The notes: generated by a model not told the origin, from the sequence alone. A stretch of DNA of 59,536 bases, filler included, from Jimgerdemannia flammicorona (GCA_003990765.1; 3 parts of 3 records of this genome joined end to end with filler, not necessarily neighbours in it); one strand, 5' to 3'; shown: positions 1 to 12,794, numbered from the whole stretch's first letter. A program made the numbers and translations.

Positions 1-1912
1 GTCTAACACTATCTCCACCCTTCCACCACTCTGCTCACAGATCCTTATCACCAAACTGCAATGTTGCCCCCCCTGAGGACCCCAACCCACCCACCCACCA
101 TCCAGTCAGCAGATCCCCCAACAGCTCCTTCTACCTTAATACCTTCTCCCACAGCTCCAACCACTGTCTCTCCTCAAATACAAAAAGCCAATGTCCTACC
201 AGTCCCACTCACACTACTAATACCTACCCTACAGTGAGCCAACTATCACTCACCCTACCCACAAGCCAAGATCTCAAGTCCTCCCATCAACCCCCCTCCC
301 CCACCAGCCTATGCCCCATACCCAGTCTATTCTCTATTTCTATCCAAAATTCCCCCAAAACCTCACACTCTCCCAACCAATGTTCTGGCATCTGCACATA
401 ATCCCCAGCTTACCCAATATCATAACACTCCTCACAATTGAAATGGCCACTGTCTATCAGATGCCTAGTGTGGAAATTCAATATGACATTCCTCTGCAGC
501 ATTCTCCACCATACCACCCAGAACTTGGGAGGAAGCCACCTCCACACCTCAGCACTCCAAGACCAGATACCTGTCCAGTCCCACTCCTTGCTAATCCCTG
601 CCACCTGTCAGCCACTTGGCTAAGAATCCTGGCCAAGACCCTACTGATACTCCACTCTATCCCCAATATCAAACATAGCAAGTGGAGTACTCCCCAGGAG
701 CAGTCTATCCCATCACCACATACTAGGCCCCCACATCACCTCCCCCTCATTGCCTTGCCAGTGCAGGTCAATTCAGTGTGCTCCATCTACCACTTCTCAC
801 CAAAAGCCCTTAAACTACAGCCACCAAATTCCATTCAACTCTACCAAAGAGAGCAAATCTCCTGAGGACCCTTGAGGGGAGGTTCTCATCTCCCACACCC
901 TCTGCAGCAGTGGCACCCAACCCCCTCCCTGCAGTTCAGTAGCTCTCTTCAACCACCAGACTCATAAGCAGTGCAACCTCTTAGAGAAATCCATAAGGCC
1001 AAGACCTCCCCTGATCACCAGTGTTGCAAAAGTATCCCAACTGATCTAGGATCTCCTTTATGCTCAAATTCAATCTCTAGCCACCTTCGTCAGCCTCTTC
1101 ACCACCCAAGCTAGAAAGTCTAGATGATAGGCCACGTACCACAGCTTGAGGAACCAGTATACATTCAGAATTGATACCCACCCTGCCAGAGAGATATGGT
1201 GGCCTCCCCAACCTTGAAGGGCCTCCCCCCAAATGGTCACTCTGCTCTCCCACCACACTCATGGCAAGACAGAATGATATATAGAAAGAAAGATACCCAG
1301 ATACTGCACCACCTCACCAGTAGGGACAATTATTCCAATGACATCCCCACTCACTAGCTCATTCCCAAGCACCATTGTCTCACACTTATGCCAGTTGAGC
1401 TTTGCCCCAGAGTGAGCCTCATACCATTCTACTGTCTCCCTAAGTATCTCGACATCTGCCACAGACCCAAGTCCAACTACCATGTCATCAGCAAAGGCCC
1501 CCACCTTCTACACTATACCATATATAGAGAGTCCTGCCACCTTCCAGCGAATTCTATCCATCAATAGCTCTAACAAAAGGGCATAGAGAATTAGGGACAG
1601 AGGGTCCCCCTGAGGCACTCCTCTCTCCAAGGAAAATACCAGACCATAGTGACCATTACACATCAGTACCACCTGACTGCTCTCTAGCAGATTCAATATA
1701 GAAGCCCGAAATCTTGGAGGAATACCAATTTGATCCAAAATCTTGCCCAGCCAAACTCACCATATATAGTCATAGGCCTTCTCCTGGTCCAAAATGACCA
1801 ACCTTCTATCCAGTCTATAAGCCCAGGCTTCTTCAATGACACCATACACCCATACAGTCCCATCTCTTAAGTCTGCCCCCAACAAAGCCCTGCTGCTCCT
1901 CCCTCAGTAACC
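1..1912 (-). mobile_element. Degenerate L1-clade LINE fragment (ORF2 RT and C-terminal Cys/His region)
   Basis: Minus-strand frames give QQGFVGGR, LDQEKAYD, GVPQGDPLS, GAFADD, LNWHKC, YLGI and CEEC; many stops and frameshifts; close paralogue of 58103-59510. Confidence 0.93.
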
Positions 1913-2806
1913 ATGATATAGTTGCACCACCAGATGACTACATTTCCTTGGAGAAGTGTGGCAGCAAATTGGACTTACATATCATCTTCCATTCTTGTGA
2001 GTTCAAAGTATTGGTCTAATTAGAAGGTCTATGTATCTGTAGATAGTCCTCTTCAATGGCTATTGAAGATATCTAGCTTGAGTGACTTGAAACTGACTAG
2101 TACTATAGCAGGATGTGATGTTCCCATAGTTTGTATTTTCTGATATTCTAGTTATACTTGAAGTTCTTGAATTTAGTGAGTCATAGCATTGATCATATCT
2201 TCTATATTGAGCTGTGATCCTCCTACTTCTTCTGTAGTAGAGGGGTCTGGCTGATAGACTGACTCTTCATGGCTCATTTTGGGTTTGTGTGACTAGTTGT
2301 GACTGGTTTCCGAATTCATGTGAGGTTTCTTAATAAGGCAAAGTATAATGACACTACTGCTACCAAGTGTAATAGTTCTAGTTTCTTTAAGAGAAAGTGA
2401 CTAAATCTGGAAGTTCTAGTTGACCTAAAGTAGCTCAAAGAGATACTTAAAGGTTCAAGTATTTTTGAAGGATTTCTAGGAGAAAATATTCTGAGCTTTA
2501 TTCAGGCAGAGAATAAGGATATTTATATATGATCTAAAAAAAAGATCTGAAAGGATCTTGGAAAGAAAGAGAAATGCCAAGAAATAGATTCTTGGAAAAG
2601 CTAACTAATACTATTCTACAATGTTCTAAAAGATTCCATAACTAGCTAAGACAAGAATGTTCTAATAATATCTGAGTGCCAAGAGAAGGTTTCTAAGCAA
2701 GTAGAAGATGATGAAATATAGTAGAATATTTAAGAAATAATAAGAAAAGACTAACTAAAAGATGTGAAAATGTACTAAGACTAAATATGACTATAAAATC
2801 GTTATA
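1913..2806 (-). mobile_element. Truncated Ty3/Gypsy element: 5' LTR (~2368-2806), PBS and gag N-terminus
   Basis: Minus strand reads LTR end TTACA then CTTGGTAGCAG (TGG-type PBS); gag start MSHEES near 2277; VQFAATLLQGNVVIWW retrotransposon-gag motif at ~1925-1978. Confidence 0.7.
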
Positions 2807-3327
2807 ATACTCAACAGAAACTGAGAGCTGATATGGTAATATAATTAAGGCCTATAGACTCAAAGAGTAGGAGTGGGGTCTTTTTAGACCTTAGCTCATA
2901 TATAAGTCCTTTTGAGGATATCTTGATTATAAGTTCTTTACTCACCTATTATGAATCTATTCTACTTCTTATTGGTTGATTAGAGATGTTTTTTTTTTAT
3001 CTCTGGCTTTATTTGGAGTCAGAGAGATTATATTATTTAGTTCTGATATCACTGAATCTAATGTATAGATGTACTCTCATGGGTATTAATCTCAATGATC
3101 TAGTTTTAGTAAATAGACAAATTTGGTCTATATAGTGAGAGTTAATATAGCTAATGTTTAACATATATAGCTGAGATAGTGAAACTGTAGATTCTCTTTA
3201 TAATCTAAGAATAATAAAAGAGTAGTACTCAGAGAGAGGTGGGAGAAGGTTTTGGCCTATAAAGTTTAGGTTCTCTTCTAATAAAAATATACAGAGACTT
3301 GATTCTATTAAATATATATATATATAT
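2807..3327 (+). mobile_element. Tailed retroposon family with antisense ORF, copy A
   Basis: Homologous to 4651-5472 and 9940-11147; same 3' end AATAAAAAT...TCTATTA followed by (TA)n; the homology starts directly at the edge of the preceding LTR. Confidence 0.75.
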
Positions 3328-3329
3328 TC

Positions 3330-4310
3330 TGAGGGTAGTAATTACTTATTATTTAGCTTAAAAGTAAGAAATTTATCTTAAATTATCAGCCAATAGGTAC
3401 TAAGTTATAATATAGTAGATATATACTAACTAGTACTCAAAATAAATTAAATTGAATCAAATTTGCCCTCAATTTAATTTAATTCAAAATATTCAAATTA
3501 AATTAAGAGTTAATTCTAATTCAATTCAATTTAAATCAAATCAAGATCCAATTTGATTTAAAGTCCAATTTAAATCTAATTTTCAAAATTCAATAATTTA
3601 ACCAAAACATATCTAAATTTAATAAATTTTAACTTATTCAATATATCTTATAATAAAGAATCTAATATAATAAAGAATATTAGATTTAGACATATTTCTA
3701 TTGAGTTATTATATTTTGAATTTGGAATAAATATTTCAAATTAAATCAGACCCCAATTCAATTTAAATTCAATTTGAATTCAAAAATTCTCAATTTGCTT
3801 TAATTTAAATGAATCTTAATTTACTTTGATTCAAATTGATTTAATTTATTTGAGAGTACTAATATTGACAGAAGTGTGATAGATTTCTTTATCTTAAATA
3901 CTTAATCTTCTTTAACTTCTTAGAGTTCTTAGATATAGGAGTAGATAAGTTCAAAATATATCTACTTTCAGATTTACTAGTATCTTATCTCTTTATTTAA
4001 ACTATTTTGATCTGAGATTTATTTACTCTAGATATTAGAAATATTTATATAAGTTTGCTAGCTATATAGTAGTTAAGTTGAATAACTTTTTCTATAAGTT
4101 ATTTTATATAGTTGAGAGATTTATATATCTGTACAAATTATATATCTGTAAAATCTACATAATTATAAGATTATATAATTATATTTTTTATATAATATAT
4201 AAATTGTATAACTGTAAGATCAAGCAATAGCTAAACCATATATAATACTATATATACTATATCAGAAATCAGATTTAGATACTATGATCAAATATCTATT
4301 CTCTGATTAT
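3330..4310 (-). mobile_element. Gypsy-type LTR fragment, interrupted by a MITE
   Basis: Reverse-complement homologue of 9038-9513; minus strand has TATAAAT...GAGTAAATAAATCTCAG, the TATA/poly(A) motif shared with other LTRs in the window. Confidence 0.65.
3431..3861. mobile_element. hAT-like MITE
   Basis: Termini TAGTACTC...GAGTACTA with longer imperfect TIRs; 8-bp TSD atactaac/atattgac differing only by transitions; the homologous LTR copy at ~9415-9422 shows the empty site. Confidence 0.8.
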
Positions 4311-4650
4311 TATATATAATTTAGATCATATATTATAATAGTTATTTTAATCTTATACTTATTTAGTTTATTTATATATCTTTATTATTATTTTTAATAA
4401 ATATTATAATTTTATCTTTATTAATACTAGTAGTTATATATATTTGATAACTTATTATTATTAAACTATTGATATTAATTTTATATATATCTTTATTAGT
4501 TAGTCTAACTTAGTAACTTCTAATCTCATAGCTTAGTAAAATCTATTTAAATAATCTTAATATTAAATATAAATATATTTTAATTAATTTGTTATATAAT
4601 TATTTAAGAGATCAAAACTATAATTATCTATAAAAGATCAAAAAGATTAG

Positions 4651-5438
4651 CTCTCTGAGCTTTGATAAGCTTTCTAATAAGTATGGTTCTAATATAAGTA
4701 ACTGTTTTTTGGGTAAGATCAGAATAGAAGAAGAGATGGCTATTACAGATAAGTAGATAAGTAATTACAGTAGACCAGTTGGATATCAGACTAGTAGTAA
4801 TCATTAGGGCTAGAGCAGATACTATATTAGTGAGATCTTCTAATTGGTGTAGAGTAGTTAGGTAGTAGATATTACTTTCAGTTATTTTTAGTATACTATA
4901 GTATTACTTGGGAGTTATTGGAGGACTTAGACTATCTAGGTCAGATGTTTTGACTGTACTTAACTAGAACTAGAAGCTGATATAGCAATATGATTAAGAT
5001 TCATAGGCTTAAGTAGTAGGATATTGAGAGTCTCCTCTCACCTCATATATAAATTCTCTACTTATCTTATTAGAGATAACTAGGTTCTACCCACTGTTCT
5101 ATATTTTTTAAAGGATTTTTTCTTTATCTGTTACTCTATTTAGAATAGCAGAAGCTGTTCTATTTAGCTTAGATATAGTTATATATATATATTGGGTTTT
5201 CAGATATATACTTTCAGTCATTAGTATATGACTACTTTCTCCCTAAAAATAGAGAGAGTATAGTATATAAAATGAGATATGGGTAATTATATCCTACTAT
5301 GTCTAATATAGTTGAGCTACTGGATAATAATTAGTCTAGATTAATAGAGATATAATATTTAGGAGAGAATAGAGGAGAGTTTTGACCTATATAGTCTAGG
5401 TTTTCTTTCAATAAAAATCCACAGAATATAGAGTCTAT

Positions 5439-5472
<34 letters not shown>
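4651..5472 (+). mobile_element. Tailed retroposon family with antisense ORF, copy B
   Basis: Aligns with ~10311-11110; ends AATAAAAATCC...GAGTCTATTA plus (TA)n; minus frame reads (M)DSIFCGFLLKENLDYIGQN. Confidence 0.78.
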
Positions 5473-5477
<5 letters not shown>

Positions 5478-6011
5478 ATCTGAAATTAAAGAAGCTTATT
5501 ATTTGAGTTGAAAACTTTACTCTTATAATTAAGAAAGCTCTCTTAGAATTGAAAATCAGAAAGTTTTTAAATTACTAGCTATATATTAGAACAAACTAAA
5601 CAGATATTAAGAAACTCTGTTTAGATATATATTACTATCAGCCAAGAGTATATAAGATAGAAATCTTCTATAAGTAATATATTAAACTATGCTAAAAGTA
5701 TCAAAAGTTAAAAATTACATATTATAATATATATTTATTATCTATCTATATTATTTTATTATATAGCAGATTATATCTACATCTATATTATCAATAATTT
5801 ATTTGATTTTAATATTACTATTATATAACTCATAACAGTACAATATTGTTAGTACTCTATAGAAAAAATTAGTTGAGATTTCAACTATTTGAATTTATTA
5901 TTATACCAAATTAAAAGAATAATATACATTAAATCCGTGAAGCACTAATTGTGCTGGTTGCAGAGATCGATATATTTCCAAATATAGTTCCGAATGATTT
6001 TTATTATTCTG

Positions 6012-6188
6012 CGTTCCGCAGATAATCGTCGTTCTGCAGATAATCGTAGTTCTGCATATAATCGTTCTGCAGATAATCGTAGTTCCACAGATAATCGTTG
6101 TTTTGCTGTTCTGTAGATAATCATCGTTCTGTAGATAATCGTTGTACGGATAATCGTAATAATCGTTCTACAGATAATCGTTCTGTGA
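6012..6188. repeat. CpG-rich minisatellite with 15/18-bp units GATAATC(GTN)GTTCTGCA, about 10 units
   Basis: Directly visible tandem units. Confidence 0.9.
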
Positions 6189-6834
6189 ATGACCTCATGA
6201 ACCGTCACATGATTATTGCGTCAAACATTTTTTACAACACGTGGCCTGCGGGCTGCTTTCGTCAAATCACCTTTTGAATCGCCCTTGTCAGTCAATCGAA
6301 ATTGAAGGATTTCGTAAATTGGCCATACATCAGTTAATCGCGACATTGCGATAGGTAAAATTGGTTGATTGATGTTACAGGAACGGATCTATTTATAATC
6401 ATCATTGTCAACTTGGTTACACAATATGACGATTACATGATATGGCCGTCAGTTTGGCTTAGTGCCACAAATTACCAATCACGACGAGATAGAACCTACA
6501 ATTTGTACCGTCAGTGGATCTTTTGTCTTCTTGAATGCTCGCAGACTTTAGTGCTTGTGCAATACGTGTGGACATATCGTTTATTACAATGGAAATTTGC
6601 AGTATTTATTACAAATTGACATAATATGAGCTGACTAAGACACTGGATCTACTAAGGTGGACGGAATGGCGGTTTGGTTTATCGAGTGCTTCGGACCTAC
6701 CCAGAGTGCACCAAATATATTAAGACATACGCTGAGCATGAGTGGAAAGAAGAAACGTATACATGATAACTAGGAAATACTATACATCGCGAGGTTTGCT
6801 GTTTAAACGGTTTTGTCGAGTCGACGTGATTAAC

Positions 6835-8478
6835 CTACTTTCGCTGAAGGTCGGCGTCAAGTAAATCCCATAGCTTGACGAAGCCATTTGAAGGGGAACG
6901 CCTGAAGGAAGCCAGAAAGTCAGATAATGAATTTAATGATAAACGATACGCAATGCTCGCATTTACCAGTTTTTTCTCTGTGTCCAGTATATGCTCAAAT
7001 TTGTTCAGCTTCTGTTCATATTCCTTGTATTTGGCCTCCTGCGCCTCAACGTGGTCTATATATTTAGTCACGATCCGCTCATGTTTGCCAGCAAATCTAT
7101 GGTTTAAATACGAAAATAGAATTTAGTAAGACGTCAGAGAATCTCAACATGTTAACCCCCTTTTGATGAACAAATTAATAATTACATTACAAATTGATCC
7201 TCCGTCATTTCATTCATTCTAGGTATGGAATACAGGAAGAAGTGTGGGAAATATTAGGTGAATAACAATGCTGATCTCAAACGTCAAACAAGATTCGACA
7301 ACGGATCGTAGTGATTTCACTATACATTGCAAAGATCTTTTCGTCACTATGTATTGCATAGATCTGTTCGTCGGTCTTATTGAGAAACTCGTTGAAGTCA
7401 TTGCCGTTATTGTTGCCATCCATCCGCACTTCAATAAAGGGTTGCTCGCCAGACGATGAACCATTTAGAGGTGGCTGACAATCTTCAATTACGTGAGAGA
7501 TATATATATATATAACTTCCGTTTCCAAGAAAAGAGCAGAGGACATAATCTGATCAAAAATATTCAAAACTAACCTGTTATGGAATTTTTGGTATTGAAA
7601 GTCATCAGCAACGTGCCAGAGGAATCTGAAGCAACGGAAGAGGAGGGGAAGTCACCACTGTTGGAAGAGGCAACGTTTAGAGGAGCGGTTGTTTCTGTGA
7701 CTGTTTTAGGATTTTCAAGTCCATGAAGTGCCGAAATGATCTGTCCAATGTACTTCTGATGCGGTTGACGAAACATCTCTTCGTAGATCGTTTCACATTT
7801 TCCAATAAACTGAAATTCATCTTCAGTGGTGTACTCCATGATGACACGAGGGAGTCTCTCTTGGGAATCGCAGCAGGTGACGCCAACTACGGGCATCGAA
7901 CCATATCGTTCGGTGAAGGTGGAAATCAGGACCGAATAATACACCTGCAAAAAATAATTTCGTGCGGAAGAGAAGTTAGTAAGGCATTACAATAACGAGG
8001 TGTTATAAAGATTAACAATGTTGAGACGGACCTGAAACTGACGCAAACGATCATCGGGTACATCAAACTTCCTCAAAATGAATTCTTTACTTTTACTTTT
8101 ATCCCTACCCGGCATGTCCTCGCTTTTGATTGTCATTCGCCAATCTAACGAGAAGGTACTCTTCTTCTCCTTCTGTGAGGTGGAAAACAGCTCGAAAGGG
8201 ATGTAGACAAGATAATCCCCCATCTTGTCAATTACACCGAGCTGGTTCATACATGTTGAGAGATTCTTCGTGTCGGGAAAACACCTTTTGTAGGAATTTA
8301 CGCGTTTCTTATTCTTCTGACTTCGTGCTTTGTCGACAAGTCGCCCTGGGAACACGTCCTTCAGCTCATCGAGAGTCACGTGGTACTTGGTAGCTGGTTT
8401 GCTCTTATTTTGAGGACATCCCGGACTGTACTTTGGCGGAGGCTTGCCATTCAAGAGAGGTGTATCCGGCGATGGCAT
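6835..8478 (-). CDS. Orphan protein of ~423 aa with a degenerate kinase-N-lobe-like region and a C-terminal coiled coil; exons 8478-8032, 7944-7575, 7482-7326, 7218-7186, 7096-6835
   Basis: CpG-intact island; four GT-AG introns with consistent phases (0,1,2,2) link the ORF-track pieces into one open frame; the 3' end could extend through a further GTAGGT donor at ~6838. Confidence 0.72.
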
Positions 8479-9037
8479 AATCGAGAAAGAGTTGATATTA
8501 GGGGATCTGGTTTAAGATTTATATTGTCATCGTACCGTTCGTCGTTATAACTACGGAAACCACATGACCAAAGAAAATGAAGCCATATTCTCTCACGTAG
8601 CTGTTATCGGCTATATCAAACACGAAATTTGACAATCCTACTTAAAATTGACAAAAGATGTCACAAACCCCTGTAAAATTCTCAGCCACTACTTTAGCCA
8701 AAGCTTAACAGTCACTTCTGACATCAAAGTTATTATTCAAACTCTTTAAAAGTTATATATATTTAATAAAACTAATATAATATATATATAATCAAAATAA
8801 ATAGATCTCAAGACTATAAAAACAATAATATAATTTGAACTCTGTTATTTAAAAATTATAACTAATATTTTTGAAAATTTTTGATATATAATAATAATAT
8901 CAAAAAAAAATATCAAGATAAAGTCTCAGCTAAGAATAATAAAATTTTTTATAATTAGCTAAAATAAGATCTTAATCTTAAGAAATAATTTTTAGATATT
9001 TAAAATATTATAATAGTTAATCTAAATAAAGATTAAC

Positions 9038-11106
9038 TATCAGAGAATAGATATTAATTATGATATTTAAATCTAATTTCTAATATAGTATAGTATTATA
9101 GTTTAGTAGTTATTTAATCTCATAGTTATACAATTTATAAGATTATATAAAAAGTATAGATATATATGTAGAGCTCCTAACTATATAAATAACTTATAGA
9201 AAAAGAAGTCTTAGCTTAGCTACTATATATAGCTAATAAACTTATATAAATATTTTTAGTATTTAGAGTAAATTAAAATAGTTTAAGTATAAAGATAAGA
9301 AACTAGTAAGTCTGTGGATAGATATACTTTGAACTTATTCACTCTTATATCTAAAGACTCTGAGGAGTCAAAAAAGATCAAGTATTCAAAATAAAGAAAT
9401 CTACTATACTTTTGCTAGTATATATCTATTATATTTTAACTTAGTATATATTAACTAGTAATTTAAAATAAATCTCTCACTTTTAAGCTGAATAATAAAC
9501 AATTGATATTACTCAAATACACACTCAAATTAAATCAAGCTACTTAAAAAAGATAGATATGAGACTACTAATATTCTATAGATATATATCTAATAAATCA
9601 ATTATTATTTCCTTAATAATTTTGAATAATATATTACTTTAAGAACTCTATCAGTATAACAATAAGTGGCTCTAATACTATTTAGTCTCTGAGGACTAGT
9701 AAGAGCTATATTTATAGCTATGAATTATATTAGAAATAATGATACTATAATATTAATAATACAGAAGGTCTAATTGTAAACCACTTACTATATATATAAG
9801 ATAAAATCAAATAGGCTCTGAAAGACTAGCTTAATAGTATTTGCTAAGAAATAAATAAAGATCCAAATATCTTCTATACCAGAATCAACTATCAAATAAT
9901 CTTAGCTGATTATACTAATACTATTAGAGATCAAATAGCATACCTCTTTCTCTGCTACCTTACCAGTTACAAGGTTTGGTAGGTAACCTTCTGAGTCCCC
10001 TTTCCCCTATTATTATTCCCTCTACCTCAGGTTGGTTTGCTGTGCCTGCATGGGCATAGTGAGAGGAGGGCAATGGTGATGAGTTACCTCTTTATCAGTG
10101 TCAGATCAGTGTCTTCTCTACTTTTTTGCAGTTTCTGATATCTTTGGCTATATCTGGAGTATATCTGTTTTGGTGTGGCACCTTCTTCCTTTTACCATCA
10201 CCAATAAGGTACTGTCTCAGTATGTCTCAGGCTACATAGGGAGTCAGCTGACCTTGGGCATTAAGTGCTCAATATAGGTTATCTGTAGGTCCTTGGTGTC
10301 TATGGTGGGGCTCTCTGGCTTTGGTGAGCTTCCCAGTGAGTACAGTTCTGGTGTAGGTGACTGCTCTTTGGATGTTGTTGAGATGGGAGGGGAGATAGCC
10401 ATCACAGATAGGAAGAAGGGCAATAATGGTGAACCAGTAGGGTGCCAGGCTGGGGGTGGTCATTGGGGCTGGGGCAGGTGCTACTTTGGTGGGGCCTTTT
10501 GATTGATATAGCACAGTTAGGTAGTAGGTATCACTCTTGACTTCTTTTGGTAAGTTGGTGGGTTAGGCTTCAGTCATCAGAGGGAGTTGGGGGCCCAAGG
10601 CTACCCATTTCAGGTGTCTTGGCTGCACTCAACTAGAACTGGGAGCTGATATGATAATGTGATCAAGGCCCACAGGCTTGAGTAGTAGGGTATTGGGGGT
10701 CTCCTCCTACCTCACGTATAAGTCCTTTACTTATCTCAACTGAGAGAACAAGGCCCTACCCACTGTGTTGTACTTTGATGAGAGTTTTTCTTTACCTGTT
10801 ATTCTCTTTGGGATGGCAGGGACTATTCTATTCAGCTTGAGCATGGCCTTGTATATATGTTGGGTTCTTGGGTATGTACTTTTAGTCATTGGCATATGGT
10901 TGAGTTTTTTCTGGTAGTAGGGAGAGCATGGTGTGCAGAATGAGGTATGGGCCACTATAGGCCCTGCTGTGCCTAATATGGTCAAGCTGCTGAATAATAG
11001 CTAGCCTAGATTAATAAGGAGGCAGTGCTTGATGGGTGGTGGGAGAGGGTTTTGGTCTATATATTCTAGGTTCTCTTCCAATAAAAATCTATGGAACATT
11101 GAGTCC

Positions 11107-11151
<45 letters not shown>

Positions 11152-11520
11152 GAGATCAAATAGCTAAAGTAATCTTTATGAAGAAATTTACTCAGAAATA
11201 GTTATAATAATTTAATTAATACTAATAGTTCTAAACTTAGTACAAAAGAAAACTTATGCTCAGTAATATTAAATAGTCAGATACTCTCAAGACTATATAA
11301 TAGAGAGAGTCACTAGAGTCAGAATTGAAGTACTCAAGATGACTAGTATAATTTCTATAACTATAATTAATAGAAATATATACATCTCATCTAAAGACCA
11401 CAGAGCAATAGAGAAATATGATCCTATGAAAGAACTTGTAAAGAAGTTCACTAAAATGACTGCTTATCTAGGAGATATAGTGAAGAAAATTAGAAAAAGA
11501 GATTGTTACTTAGTTTAGAA
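9038..11520 (+). mobile_element. Highly decayed Gypsy LTR fragment (9038-9513) plus gag remnant, interrupted by retroposon copy C
   Basis: Plus frame FLNNFE*YITLRTLSV*Q*VALILFSL*GLVRAIL parallels the gag at ~17000-17160; PMKELVKKFTKMTAYL near 11423. Confidence 0.6.
9940..11147 (+). mobile_element. Tailed retroposon family with antisense ORF, copy C (best preserved)
   Basis: 17-bp TSD attagagatcaaatagc (9923-9939) / atcagagatcaaatagc (11148-11164); AATAAA at ~11080; A-tail 11110-11147; minus-strand decayed ORF begins MDSMFHRFLLEENLEYIDQNPLPPP at the tail junction. Confidence 0.88.
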
Positions 11521-12794
11521 GTTTGCAGTAGGTCTGGATATCCTTGAAGAGATTATTTCTAGTCCTTCTGGTTCTATGATTACTGATTCTGATAGTAGTT
11601 CAATAGGGGAGACTAGTGGAGTTTCTGAGAGAAACTGAGATTATATAATGAGATCTTTAAATTCTTATATGTATAAGCTTATTGAAGTTTTTGACAAAGC
11701 TATCTATATTGTCTGATTGATCTGATTGGATCAGGTCTTCTAGTGATAAGTCTGTCAGTACTGGTTTAGAATTTTATACTATACTGACTTCTGATTGAGA
11801 TTCTTTTAATACTAATAATTAGTAGGAAAAGTAGAGCTAAGATTATAATATACTCAGTATAGAGAGTATTTATATATATTTGAGACTATAACTAAATATA
11901 GTATGCTGGATATGTCTCTGCTAGTTAGAAATTTTGTAGAAATTTTTGTTAGAATTTCTAGTGACTTATAGATATATAATAATTCATTATAATAATTTTA
12001 CTAAAATAATTATATATATAATTCTAAATATATAAAATCTATAAGTAAATAAATAATAGTTCTTTATTTTTATATAAGCTATTTCTAAATATTAGTAAAA
12101 CTATATTATTTAAAATAAGTATAAATAAAGATAAAAATTTATAATAAATATTTAAATAGAGTTTAATAATTTTTATTTATTCATTTTTTAATTTGTTATT
12201 TATTTTATATCTAGCTAAGTCTAAGATATTTTTTATTAATTTTATTAATATTATTAATTATTAAATTAATTAAAATTATTAAATTTATTAAGATTATTAA
12301 GTTAATTGAAACTAATCCTTAAGCTAATAATAAGTATTATAGAATACTTGAGGAAAGATAGGTAGAGAGAAGTATTGTTTATTGATACTAGTAAATCATA
12401 CCTTTATATATTAAGATTGATAATATTTATATCATGATATAGTTAGACTATACTACTATATATTGAGTTACTATATAATTAAGATATTTCAATATCTCTA
12501 TTTAATATAAAAAAAAATAAAATATCAATAAAATAAACTAATTATAACTAATGTAATATTATCTAGATAACTAAAAAAAAAAGATTTAAATTCCCTACTT
12601 ATAAGTATAAAAAGAGGTAAAGAATATAGTAGAAATTAGTAATATAGATCTATTTATAAATAAAGAGATATAAGTAATATTGAAGAGACTTATTAATACT
12701 TCAAAAGACTTCCTATTATTGTCATATTATTATTATTACTATTACTTACTGTTTACTAGTATAGAATTATCAATAAGTTCTATTTCTTATATAT

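Noticed and set aside
311..865. 184-aa plus-strand ORF and similar Pro/Ser-rich ORFs within LINEs
   Set aside because: Antisense shadow frames of LINE ORF2.
5945..6208. 87-aa ORF with RLSAE repeats
   Set aside because: By-product of the 15/18-bp minisatellite; non-ATG start; no other coding support.
3330..9513. ~500-bp inverted repeat bracketing the orphan gene, suggesting a giant TIR element with cargo
   Set aside because: The left arm carries the LTR TATA/AATAAA module and the right arm leads into a gag remnant; no TSD at the outer ends. Best explained as two LTR fragments in opposite orientation.
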